Shown here piece after piece: positions 39,830 through 51,690 of a stretch of DNA of 64,000 nucleotides; within the stretch, counting starts at the first letter, position 1; every line of letters begins with the position of its first letter. The stretch lies in assembly GCF_001194135.2 (NCBI RefSeq), contig NC_068984.1, positions 134,797,170 to 134,861,169 of the forward strand, read 5' to 3'. The translations under genes were made by a program, and so were the position numbers. Source of the DNA: Octopus bimaculoides (lineage: Eukaryota). A model generated the notes under the pieces. It searched no databases. It was not told the origin of the DNA and saw nothing but the letters and a program-made list of their open reading frames with translations.

Positions 39830-40035
39830 TTACTCTTTAACTTTTTTACTTGTTCCAGTCATTTGACTGCGGCCATGCTGCAGCACTGCCTTCAGTCGAA
39901 CAAATCGTCCCCATGAGTTATTTTTGTAAGGCTAGTACTTATTTTATCGGTCTGTTTTGCTGAACCGCTAATCTACGGGGATATAAACACATCAACAGCG
40001 GTTGTCAAGCGAAGGCGGGGGACAAACACAGACAC
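39830..40035 (-). mobile_element. SINE family B 3' half
   Basis: TTTTACTTGTTCCAGTCATTTGACTGCGGCCATGCTG...GCTGAACCGCTAA...GGTTGTCAAGCG. Confidence 0.85.
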
Positions 40036-40859
40036 AAAAATACACACACANNNNNNNNNNNNNNNNNNNNNNNNNNNNNNNNNNNNNNNNNNNNNNNNNN
40101 NNNNNNNNNNNNNNNNNNNNNNNNNNNNNNNNNNNNNNNNNNNNNNNNNNNNNNNNNNNNNNNNNNNNNNNNNNNNNNNNNNNNNNNNNNNNNNNNNNNN
40201 NNNNNNNNNNNNNNNNNNNNNNNNNNNNNNNNNNNNNNNNNNNNNNNNNNNNNNNNNNNNNNNNNNNNNNNNNNNNNNNNNNNNNNNNNNNNNNNNNNNN
40301 NNNNNNNNNNNNNNNNNNNNNNNNNNNNNNNNNNNNNNNNNNNNNNNNNNNNNNNNNNNNNNNNNNNNNNNNNNNNNNNNNNNNNNNNNNNNNNNNNNNN
40401 NNNNNNNNNNNNNNNNNNNNNNNNNNNNNTATATATATATATATATACATATAGACGCACACACATGCGCGTAAACACACATGTAGACGTATAAACATAT
40501 ATGTGTATATGTGTGTGTGTTTATATTATGTGTGTGTGTGTGTGTGTGTTTGTGAGTGTGGGATCCGACCTATCAGTGCTGACAGTAATGTGTATTGCAG
40601 TAACGGGGGTGAAAAAAGGAAACAAGCAGATAAAAAAAAATAACTCAAAAACTGGAAAAAAAAAAGCAACAAGAAAATAAAACAGAAAGCCAAACACAAA
40701 AAAGTAAAACACAACGACAACCTAAATGCTCTGAAAGTCAATACACCGGATGTAAACGGTCACGTGGGAAGGAGATTTCTCTGAAACGTATTGGACATTG
40801 ATTTAACTTAACAATGAATATGAATGAATAGTAACCAAGTGAGAAGGAGTGATAGAAGT

Positions 40860-40912
40860 ACAAGTGGGTAATAGGTGTAGAGAGAAGAAGAGAAGATGAG
40901 AGAGGGGGGAGA

Positions 40913-40944
<32 letters not shown>

Positions 40945-41560
40945 AACTAGAGACAGTAAGTGGGAGAGGGAGATTTGAGAGTGGTGGATGAGAGCGTGGA
41001 AATTAAATGAGACTGTAAGTATATGGGAACAACGGAAAAGAGAGAAACCAGTGAGGAAAAGGAAATGGCTTGAAAGAGAAATAGTGTGGGACTTATACTG
41101 GAAGAAAATATGGAAGGATGAAGAGAGAGAGATTGAAAGTGAAAGTGAAAGTGAAAAATGAAAGAAAGAGTGGTGAATATGTATTTGGTGGTGGGGTAAA
41201 TGAAATTAGAAAATTGAAGGCGGTGAAAGAAGATATGGATAGTGAGATGAGGAGAGAACTTTATATGAAAATGTAGAGGAAAAAGAGGAAAAGTAACACG
41301 AATAAAAGTTGCAGATATAGGTGCACAGAAAGATAGATAGATAGAAAGATATGTATAGAGTGTGCGAGAGAGGTGAGAGAAATTGGAAAATGAATGAGAA
41401 AACAGGAGTTTAAGAACAAGGGGAAGTAAGAACAAATAAAAAGACAACGGAAAACCTAATTGTATGGAAGAAAGAGAATAACTAAATTGTAAGTAAAGAC
41501 AAGTACGAAATTAGAAAGAAAGGGAAAGACACCAAGAAACAGAGTAAAGGAAGATCGAAA
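40860..41560 (+). repeat. Purine-rich (GA-rich) low-complexity tract
   Basis: Strong strand asymmetry over about 700 nt. Confidence 0.8.
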
Positions 41561-41592
41561 GCAGGGAGCCATGTAAACAAATCCAGACAGCA

Positions 41593-41628
<36 letters not shown>

Positions 41629-41689
41629 ACAAACTACATTGTAGCTAACAAAAAGCAAATTCACTCGCTGATCTTGAGAAATTGCAAAA

Positions 41690-42000
41690 TCTTATTGTTT
41701 TATTACTCCGATAACATTGTATCTCTAAGACGACTGTCACGTTAGCTAGTTCATCTCTTTTTTCTGAGAACCCTAGTTTTCCTAGACTGTCACTTAGGCG
41801 TTTATTCTCAAAACCTATTGCACCAATTATACAAATACACAAGTCCAACAGCTGAATTTACATTTTGCTATCTGCAATAAAACGATGTAGCTTTGTCTTT
41901 TTGTTAGCAACGAAAACTTTCCTTTGAGGAAGATATGAAATAATTAAAAGCTGAAGAGGACATATAAAAATTATTACTGTATTGTATATGTATCTATGTT
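41690..42000 (-). mobile_element. RLE-type (R4/Dong-like) LINE C-terminal fragment
   Basis: CIIGAIGFENKRLSDSLGKLGFSE...IQCY aligns with IIGALGYATQSLDTSLEKLTFSK...IQSI at 45690. Confidence 0.55.
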
Positions 42001-42904
42001 TGCCTGTATGTATAATTAATGACCTGTAGGGACACCGTATTTCGTTATGCAACCATAATATACAACGAAGTATATTAAACGTTTTTATAAGTCATTACTG
42101 TGTCCTACTGTGTTGGTAGTGTTACTACATCTCTTGTTAAGGTTATCTATAGAAATTTTCGGATTTGAAACGTCGTATCAAAACTTGTGTTGGTTATAAC
42201 TTCTATATAAAATCTGTACAGATAATCTTAGCAAAGGTATGTATAATAAATAAATAAAAAAAGATAAAACTAATAAGCAAAGTGTTGTAGTCTGCAAGCG
42301 AAAATAGAATTCAAGGAAGAAACTAAGAAATGAGTCTAAGAGGAGATAGTGTTCAATAAAATAGCAAAATAGCAAAGCAAAGCAGAAAAAAAAAAAAGGA
42401 AAACAAGCGAAAAAGGAAAAGAAACACCGATGAAACTTTTAGAGTAAGAAAAACTGTTTGGGGCTATGTACAAATATCGATATTTATTTTTGAGTAAAAT
42501 AATCGGCTGAAATAAAATTGCCAAATTTTCAGTCGTCACCAAAATTTGGCAACAATCAATACGAAGTATTAAGGCGGTAGTCTGAATGTGTAAAATATCT
42601 CCCCTCATCATGTAATTGAGGAATCTTCACCATGAATATTGGCTTGTCAGATAAATTCTTTCGGCCTCGCCCACTTGTCATTCCATCCTACATATGTGTG
42701 AAAAGAGGTAAATTCTATTCAAATTTCAAAACGATCGCTAGGCGTTATAGAGGAAAAACAAAGCTACCAAAAAGGCAAAGAACAAAAAAAAAAACAAAAC
42801 AAAAAAAACATAAAGCACTCTGATAAAAATATTTTAAGTGTTAATTCAAATAATATTAGAAAGAATTGAATAGAAAAAAAAAATGGAATCAATTTCCTTT
42901 CCAT

Positions 42905-43291
42905 TACAGGTACAAGGTCTGAAACTTTAGTGGAGTGGGGGAAAGTCATTTACATCAACTCAGGATTTGGCTGGTGCTTATTTTATCGACACCGAAAGGA
43001 TTAAAACGAAAGTCGACAGAATTTGAACTCAACGTAAAGACGGATGCTAAGCACTTTGCCTAACTGGCTAACTATACTTTTCTACTATAGGCACAAACCC
43101 GAAATTTTGGGGGAGGGGAACAGACGATGAGATCCACCCCAGTACGCAACTGGTACTTAATTTATCGAACCCGGAAGCAGGAAAAGCAAAGTCGACGTCG
43201 GCGGAATTTGAACTCTGAACGTAAAAAAACAGACGAAATACCTGTAGGCATTTCGCTCGGCGTGCTAACGTTTCTGTCAGGTCGTCGCCTT
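42905..43291 (-). mobile_element. Two tandem SINE family A copies (42905-43075 degenerate; 43078-43291)
   Basis: Reverse complement core TTTATCGA..CGAAAGGA and GAATTTGAACTC in both. Confidence 0.85.
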
Positions 43292-43731
43292 AACTTCACG
43301 ACCCAATATAAAATCACTTCTATCACCTATTTTCAGCTACTTACAGTAAGGTAGGCTTGACTATTGAGAAGTACAGGTATCTTGCAGTGCAGCAGCATCA
43401 CACTGCTGAGAAAAATGGTGAACCACCCAATTTAACTCAGCTTGAACTTTTTTCTTACATTTTCCACCAACCTACAATATTGTCGAAACCCTTTTTCGAC
43501 GATATTGCTGAAATTTGTAATATTTTTCGCGACTACTTTCGTGAGGACTGACAGCGCCTCTAACCCCTTCTCTAGAAACCATTTCAACAATCTAATAACA
43601 ACGTGGGTAACACCAACTTTGAAATTTTTATACACTGTGAGCCTTAGAATTAAACGCAATTGAGTCTACCCTTTGTCAAAATAATGCCCAGACTTACCTC
43701 ATAGTTTAGCTGGCATTATTGTTATTATTAT

Positions 43732-44125
43732 AAGGTGGAGAGCTGGTAGAGGCATTAGCGCGCCGGACGAAATGCTTGGCGGTATTTCGCCTGTCTTTAT
43801 GTTCAAATTCCTCCGAGGTCGACTTCGCCTTTCAACCTTTTGGGGGCGATAAATTAAGTACCAGTTGCGTATTGGGGTCGATCTAATCGTCTGGCCCTCT
43901 CCAACCAAAATTTCGGGCCTTGTGCCGAGAGTAGAAAAGATCATTGTTACTGTTATTGAAAGATGTGACTTGGCAGGATCTTTAGACCATCGGACTTCAT
44001 ACGTAGCAGCATCTCTTCTGGCGTTTTACGTTCTGAGTTCAAATTCCAACGACTATGACTTTTCGGGTCGATGCAATATCTACCAGTTGAGTAAAGGGAT
44101 GGTTATAATCGATTAACCAACTTCT
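43732..44125 (+). mobile_element. Two tandem SINE family A copies (43732-43942; 43965-44125 degenerate)
   Basis: Head, GTTCAAATTCC B-box and core in both. Confidence 0.85.
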
Positions 44126-45504
44126 CTAAATTAATGCCGAAATTTAAAACCATTTACTGCTATAAACCTGCTGTCACATCGTAAGATCCTAATGGTTGGA
44201 CACACAAAGAAGACTCTGTTGTCCCTCCACTTATTAAAAATTGCAGCTAAAACACTCATATCATATGCTAGCATCTTAAAAACGGAAGGAAAGATAACGT
44301 CGCCCACGTGATTATCACTTGGGTGACGTCTGAAAATTAGACACGAGGGAATCCTTTGACCGTGGATCTGCTTGATCAGAACTGACATTTAGATAAAGAA
44401 TTTTAATGATACTATGAACATAAAAAACAAGAGTAACAGCAAGAGCTGCAACTGCTTTTACTATTGCTTTTAGTTTAAATTTAGCACCACCCACGCTGCT
44501 GCTGACATTACGAAATTAACTGTACAGCTGTTACTTTTCCTTTGCTGTTGTGTTACCATATTTGCTGTATTAGATGCATGTTATGTGAGTGTCAAAGATG
44601 GTCGCCGTACAAATTGCATATCTCGTAGTGGTATATAAAATTGATTATATTTGCACAATAGCATCAGGGAAGATTGGATTTTTGAATTCACTTCTGTCGG
44701 ATTCCTGACAACAACAGCTGTTGGTTGCACCCCCCGCCTCCTTTCTCGTTGGTGTGGCGGCTATTCTTTAAATGTAGATTAAAGGAAAGATTTGAACTTC
44801 TATCACCGGATTATAAAGAAGACATTGCAAGTGAGGGTTTTTAATATCAATCGTCTCAACTGACCATCTAAATTAATTTTATAATATAAAATTTAAAAGC
44901 AAATCTGCTTGATGCGTGATGACCTGGGGCTAAACAACATTAACAACAGCTGTTGTTTAAAGTATTAAATTAGACGCACACACGCAAAACACAGCAAAGC
45001 TTTTTTAGCCTAATTTAACATCATTACTGATATAAAAAAATGCGCACGGATAAACTAAAAAGTAATCAGAATATAATATTGATCCTAAATAAATTAGCAA
45101 AATGCATAAACAGAGAAGCAAGCAAATAAATAAAAAGGTGTATTTGACGAAGAAAATAAATTAATAATTGATTTTTCAGATTTGTTTCATTTTGATGCAT
45201 GATGTAAACTGAGGTAAATGAGTTTACACGATTTTTAAAAGCTGTGTTGTACAGATAAAAATGAACTGTGGAAGTGAAGCTCATTTTTCATTTAATCATG
45301 CACTTTATGTATCTCTATCGAAGCAACATACTTTTTTGTAAAACAAAAGTAAAATGAATGAATTACAAATAAAAAAAAACGGAACTTTAACTATGAAACT
45401 TCTCCATCATTCGCATAATGTCTGATCTAATTTTTTCATATATTAAATCAGTTTAAATCAATGTATTTAGATTTAGGAATAGAAAAGTTTATTTTTTATT
45501 CTTT

Positions 45505-45600
45505 ATTTGTTGCAGACATTGGAAAGAGGTCATACTGGGACACAGCGTTGAACGGTTTTGGTCGAACCAATCGACCCCTAGGACTTGTTCTTTGAGGCAG
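45505..45600 (-). mobile_element. SINE family B 3' tail fragment
   Basis: CATACTGGGCACAGCGTTGAACGG..TCGAACCAATCGACCCC.AGGACTTGTTC. Confidence 0.6.
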
Positions 45601-45689
45601 GGACATATTGAATATTTCCCTTCGTTAAAAAACCACTAATTTATGGGTGACGTAAAGTAACTAATATACATACATGCATGCATACATAT

Positions 45690-45865
45690 ACAAGTTCAGA
45701 TCCATACCTGTAATTATTGGAGCCCTGGGATATGCAACACAAAGCCTAGATACTAGTCTTGAGAAATTAACCTTCTCAAAACCAGAAAGGAGAAAGCTAA
45801 TTCGAAGACTACAGATCCAATCCATCACTGGAACTGTAAACATCGGTAAAAGTTTCCAAAAGTTT

Positions 45866-45870
<5 letters not shown>
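45690..45870 (+). mobile_element. RLE-type (R4/Dong-like) LINE C-terminal fragment
   Basis: FRSIPVIIGALGYATQSLDTSLEKLTFSKPERRKLIRRLQIQSITGTVNIGKSFQKF; IPVIIGALG is typical of the RLE C-terminus. Confidence 0.65.
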
Positions 45871-45899
<29 letters not shown>

Positions 45900-46112
45900 N
45901 NNNNNNNNNNNNNNNNNNNNNNNNNNNNNNNNNNNNNNNNNNNNNNNNNNNNNNNNNNNNNNNNNNNNNNNNNNNNNNNNNNNNNNNNNNNNNNNNNNNN
46001 NNNNNNNNNNNNNNNNNNNNNNNNNNNNNNNNNNNNNNNNNNNNNNNNNNNNNNNNNNNNNNNNNNNNNNNNNNNNNNNNNNNNNNNNNNNNNNNNNNNC
46101 TAGATATGCAAC

Positions 46113-46405
46113 GGAGGTGCGATGGCCCAGTGGTTAGGGCAGCGGACTCGAGGTCGGAATATCGCGGTTTCGATTCCCAGACCAGGCTTTGTGTGTGTTT
46201 ATTGAGCGAAAACACCTAAAGCTCCACGAGGCTCCGGCAGAGGGTGGTGACGACCCCTGTTGTACTCTATCGCCCCAACATTTTCTCACTCTTTCTTCCT
46301 GTTTCTTGAGTAATGTTGCGATGGACTGGCGTCCTGTCCAGCTGGGGGGGGGGACACATACGCCATAGAATCCGGGCCCATGAACCTGGCTAGGCTTTCT
46401 TAAAC
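46113..46405 (+). mobile_element. SINE family C (V-domain-like core)
   Basis: TGGCCCAGTGGTTAGGG A-box, GGTTTCGATTCCC B-box, TGCGATGGACTGGCGTCCTGTCCAG core; second copy at 53498. Confidence 0.9.
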
Positions 46406-47167
46406 TTCTGAATATAAACATAACATAACAAAAAACCTAAACGTATTTTGTTTCACTTCTCTGTTCGCATACTCATTGACACATGTCACAGTCAGTCATA
46501 TGACAGCGTATGTAAGTAGTATTTTCCGATTCCGTGTCTTTGTCTAACTATTCACCACATGGTAACACCTACTATCTTTTTTATTTCTCTCCTGTTCTCT
46601 TCCCTTATTAAATAATCCCTTTTATTTCTAGCTAGATTTCTATTCCATTCACTCAATCCCACGCTCTTTTATTTTCACTTTCGCTTTCGATTTTACTTCA
46701 CAAAGTTTATAGTTCATAATTTAAGCGCAACTTTCAGTTCCGGTCACTAAACAACATAATTTCGTCACTGTTTAATGACAGTAACTTTTATTAAATTGAT
46801 GGTCGTGAGACTCCCATATTATAATGTGGAGAACGTAATGCTGTTTATAATACATATTCTAATTGATTGTGTATTATGAGGCGGAATATTATAGAAGGAG
46901 TTTAAGTTGATTACATGAAAGGTGGTACGTAGCTTTAAACATGTTTTATAAGCCCTGCATGGACGGAAGGAAGAGACAACCATGATAATGATGAGGGAGT
47001 ATGAAAGGATAGTAAGGGTTATTTCTGATTCAGTCATTAATTTACATTAAGTGAATGAAATTTTCTCAAGCAACAGGGATATTAGCGAAGGTAATTATTG
47101 GCGGCGGAAATTAAAACCGGATTGTAATTCAGCTAAACCGCTTTTAACCTCATGGTTTAAGAACGAT

Positions 47168-47246
47168 AATAATAATAATAATAATGATAATAATAATGAT
47201 GATGATGATGTTGATGATGATGATGATGATGATAATAATGATGATG

Positions 47247-47286
<40 letters not shown>

Positions 47287-47308
47287 TAATAATAATGCTA
47301 GTAATAAT
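47168..47308. repeat. (AAT)n/(GAT)n microsatellite
   Basis: Direct reading. Confidence 0.95.
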
Positions 47309-48315
47309 TAAGGTCCTTCCTGTGACTTGACAGATGACTGAAGATTCCGGTGTATTTTTACCTACACTGTGTTAGGAAGGAATAATAATGACAACAATAA
47401 GAACTAATAATTATTCGACGATGGTCCCTCGCTTACCATCCATGCAGTAAGTGCAAAAGATTGTCTTAACTGGTTCATCACGCGTATTGAGAAGGGCATT
47501 GTAGCTGTTAATTTTCTTTCGATTTTTCCTTTGTTTTCGTTTTTCATTTTTTCCTTTTTCTTCTTTCCTTTTTCTCTCTATCTTTCTTCCCCATTTGCTA
47601 GTTTTGTTTCCATGTTTCTCTTTCGTTGGTGTTGATAATCTTGTTGTTGTTGGCGGTGAAGGTTGTACTCGATTTGTTGTTGTTGCTGTTGCTTGATATG
47701 CTGTTGTTAAATAAGTTGTTAGTGATTTTGTTTAGTGTCACTCCTGAAATCCTGAACGGAAATCGTTATCCTTGAAAACTTGTTTCCATTGAAGGAAAAT
47801 CTTTCGGAGACAATCTCTCTTTTCACCAAATTCTTCGTGACCGATTCTCAACATTGCAGGAATTGAAACAATTTTTGAAAGAGAAAAAAGAAAAAAAAAA
47901 TTCAGAAATTAAAAAAAAATTCAGAAATTAAAAAAAAATAGTCCCAGAGAAATGTGAGAGAAGAAAAGCACGGCAACTTCTCCGGCGTCGTAGTTGTGCA
48001 ACAAAATGGCCATTTGAAGAGTGTAGGAGTTCATTTGAACGAAGAAAAAATAACAACGATTCTTAAACTTACAGAGTGAAGTACATCTGAAGAGTTCAGC
48101 AGTCGAAATGCTTCCTCACCTCCCCTTCATCCACCCCGATTTCTCCTATGCACTCCTCAACTAATACGACCAGCATCACCATCTCTAGCCCATACCACTC
48201 CCCATCCTCCTCCTCCTCTTCCCCTCTTCCAGTTCCTTCTTTTCCTCCTCTCTTTCTTCTGCCCACTCCTTCCCTCCCCTTCCCTTCCCTCTTCTCCTTC
48301 CCCCTCCTCCCCTCC

Positions 48316-48782
48316 GAAAGTCGACCTTGGCAGAATTTGAACTCAGAACGTAAAGACAGACGAAATACCGTTACGCATTATCGCCCGGCGTACTAACGTT
48401 TCTCCCGACTCGCTTCTTTGATAATAATAACCATTATAACAATAATAATTATAGTAGTAGTAGTAGTAGTAGTAGTAGTAGCGACAATTATGATAATAAT
48501 AAACGTAGTGACAGGAAAGTTTCTTCAATATAGCAACGTCAGTATTATGTTATATGCATAAAATCAATGTTTCTTCAATATCTTTCCTACACATGGCACA
48601 AGGCCCGAAATTTTGGGGGAAGGGGCCAGTCGATTAGATCGACATCAGTATGGAACTGGTACTTAATTCATCAACCCCGAGAGGATGAAAGGCAAAGTCG
48701 GCCTCTGCAGAATTTGAACTCAGAACGTAAAGACAGACGAAATACCGCTCGGAGTGCTAACGTTTCTGCCTGCTCGCTGCTT
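48316..48782 (-). mobile_element. SINE family A partial (48316-48418) and full (48580-48782) copies inside a local tandem duplication
   Basis: Both carry CAGAATTTGAACTCAGAACGTAAAGACAGACGAAATACCG and are followed by the same flank. Confidence 0.9.
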
Positions 48783-48829
48783 TGATAATAATATTAACCA
48801 TTATAACAATAATAATTATAGTGGTAGTG

Positions 48830-48869
<40 letters not shown>

Positions 48870-48992
48870 TAGTAACAGTAGCAGTAGTAGTAGTAGTAGT
48901 AGTAACGACAATTATGATAATAATCAACGTAGTGACAGGAAAGTTTCTTCAATATAGCAACGTCAGTATTATGTTATATACATTAAATCAAT
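48419..48992. repeat. Local duplication of a ~150-210 nt flank (48419-48568 / 48782-48992)
   Basis: Shared AACCATTATAACAATAATAATTATAG...(TAG)n...AACGTAGTGACAGGAAAGTTTCTTCAATATAGCAACGTCAGTATTATGTTATAT. Confidence 0.95.
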
Positions 48993-49880
48993 GAAGAATC
49001 AATTTGAATTATTTCTCGTTTTCTCATATAGATGTGAGTGTGTGTGTATGTATTCTCTGATTTATTTTTCTTGCCTTTCTCTGTATGTATATATGTATAT
49101 GTTTATTATACTATATCGATGTTCACTTTGTTACGGATAGATCGACGTAGTCGTTGATTGGTTGCGTTGCTTTAGTTAAAGTTTCTAATCTTATCTGCCG
49201 TTGGTTGCCGAAGCAGTTTCTATGTAAATCGTGATTTATTTCACGTAATTGTATTATTCATTAGTATGTTTTATTTATTTTATTTCATTTGTTGTTTTTT
49301 TTTTAGGAGATGATTAGATTTATTTGCCCATCAGGCTGTATAATTGTATACTTGTCTATGCGTGAGTAAAAGATAGAAAGAGGAGGAAAAAAGACAGACT
49401 GAATAGAGAAAAAAAAATTGCTAAAAAGAAGCCACAACAAAAAAAAACGAAACAAAAACATCATGTTTACATATTGATAAATTTTCTACATTGGTAAAAT
49501 TATGTAAATGGTATTGGGTGAAAATGTCTGTAAGGAAAGTAAACGAAAGGAATATTTCAAAGACAATTGAATCTTCATATCTCTATTTCTCTATATCAAT
49601 CACATTATTGGTTAGTACGGACTTTTTACAATTATTCAGTCCGGGCAAGGGGAGGAGACGCAGTCTTCATTGATTTGGCTGTCTCAATGAGACTGATATG
49701 ATCAATCCGTGTGTCCTATTGTGTCTGAAGCGCAAGAACACGTCTTGGGATAGATGTGTCTAACTAACGCAATGCTTCTCAAATGGGGTCCACATAAGAT
49801 TTTGTTGTTAAAATTTATGTACAAAAGATTGCTTATACTTCTAGAATACACAAAATATTTTCACAATTTTTTTTTTTTAT

Positions 49881-50058
49881 TCAGGCGTGGCTGTATGGTA
49901 AGAAGCTTGTTTCCGAACTCCATGGTTCCAGGTTCAGTTCCATTGCATCGCACCTCGGGCAAGTGTCTTCTACTATAACTTCGGGCTGACCAAAGCCTCG
50001 TGAGTGGATTTGGTAGACGAAAACTGTAAGAAACCCATCATATATATATATATATGTT

Positions 50059-50092
<34 letters not shown>

Positions 50093-50290
50093 TTTGTGTC
50101 TGTGTTTACCCTCCACCACCGCTTGACAACCGGTGTTGGAGTGTTTTACGCCCTCGTAGTTTAGCGGTTCGGCGGAAGGGACCGATAGAATGAATACCAG
50201 GTTAAAAAAAAAAAGTCATGGTTTTTATTTCTTCGACTAAAACCTTTCAAGCTGGTGCCTCAGTATGGCCGCAATCAAATGACTGCTTGA
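49881..50290 (+). mobile_element. SINE family B, full length with internal (TA)n(TG)n
   Basis: GGCGTGGCTGTATGGTAAGAAGCTTG head, GGTTCAGTTCC, GGCAAGTGTCTTCTACTATA, CCGCTTGACAACCGG, GGCCGCAATCAAATGACTG tail. Confidence 0.9.
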
Positions 50291-50559
50291 CAATTTTTAA
50301 TCATAAAAGAATAATATGAATTTCTTAAACGTATAATGATTATAGGGGACCAATAAATTATAATAACATTCAACGGTGTCCATTGACAAAAATTGGTTGG
50401 GAACTCCTGGTCGACCAGTAGTAGTAACGACAGTTATAATAGTAATCAACGTAATGACAGAAAAGTTTCTTCGATATCTTTCATACTCTAGGTACAAGGC
50501 CCGAAATTTTGTGGGAAGGGGCCAGTCGATTAGATCGACCTCAGTACTCATATATTCAT

Positions 50560-50870
50560 TAGAAGAGTGTAGAAATTCATTTCAACAGAGAAAAAAATAA
50601 CACGCTTCTTAAACTTAAAGAGTGAAGTACATCTGAAGAGTTCGGCAGTCGAAATGCTTCAGCATCTCCCCATCATCCAACCCGATCTCTCCTATCCACT
50701 CCTCAACTAATACCACCGCCATCACCTCCTCTAGCACATACTCCTCCCCATCCTCCTCCTCGATGACCACCATCACCATCACTATCTCCTTCTCCACTGC
50801 TGTCCCTCCTTCTCCTCCTCTTCTGTTACTCCCCTTCCTTTCCTCCACTTCTTCTCCTCCTCCTCTTCCT
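50560..50870. repeat. Diverged paralogue of 48017-48315
   Basis: Shared TCTTAAACTTA.AGAGTGAAGTACATCTGAAGAGTTC.GCAGTCGAAATGCTTC...CACTCCTCAACTAATAC followed by a pyrimidine-rich tail. Confidence 0.9.
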
Positions 50871-51254
50871 GTTTATAGCACAAATATCACTCATTGATTG
50901 TGTGACACCACTGGATAGAGACGAGGTAAGAGCGTGAAAGATTGACAACTCGCCTTGTTAGGCCAGCGATTACATCATACTGCCACGTGAATCTGTAGAA
51001 ATCTTCACTGGATGGAATTTGTTAAAAAGTATAGTCGACAATATATGTAACACGCAGTAACATGTTTCCGTATATGGGAGCAACTGTTGGTGTTCCGTAG
51101 CCCAGGACAAATATGGTTGAGGGTAATGATTGTAGAAAGCATTTAAGCTGTAAATAATTAACGAATCTTTTTGGAAGATGAGGTTTGAGTGAGATTTGGT
51201 TGTTATTTTTTGTAAAGTGAGCAACGTCTTGGAGGCTTCGTTATTAACTGGCCT

Positions 51255-51473
51255 TAAGGCAGCGAGCTGGCAGAATCGTGAGCACGCTAGACGAAATGCC
51301 TAGCGGTATTTCACCCATCGCTACATTCCGAGTTCAAATTCCGCCCGGTCGACTTTGCCTTTCATCCTTTTGGGGTCGATAAATTAAGTACCAGTGAAAC
51401 ACTGGAAGGGGGCGATGTAATCGACTAGTACCCTCTCCTCTAAATTTCAGGCCTTGTGCCTTTAGTAGAAAGG
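51255..51473 (+). mobile_element. SINE family A with 14-bp target-site duplication
   Basis: GTTATTAACTGGCC at 51240-51253 and 51474-51487. Confidence 0.9.
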
Positions 51474-51554
51474 GTTATTAACTGGCCCGCATACCCGCTG
51501 AATACCTGCTGATCGTCAGCAGTTGATCAAAATTGAAATCCTTTAAGATGCTGG

Positions 51555-51599
<45 letters not shown>

Positions 51600-51656
51600 G
51601 GAGAGAACGAGAGAGACAATGTGAGGAAGGGATGATGTACGTGTGTGTGTGGGGGG

Positions 51657-51690
<34 letters not shown>

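Noticed and set aside
48419-48992. CRISPR-like repeat-spacer pattern
   Set aside because: Only two long units separated by a SINE; eukaryotic context, no cas genes
51495-51506. 28S rRNA-like ACCCGCTGAA
   Set aside because: Only a 10-nt match with no flanking rRNA sequence
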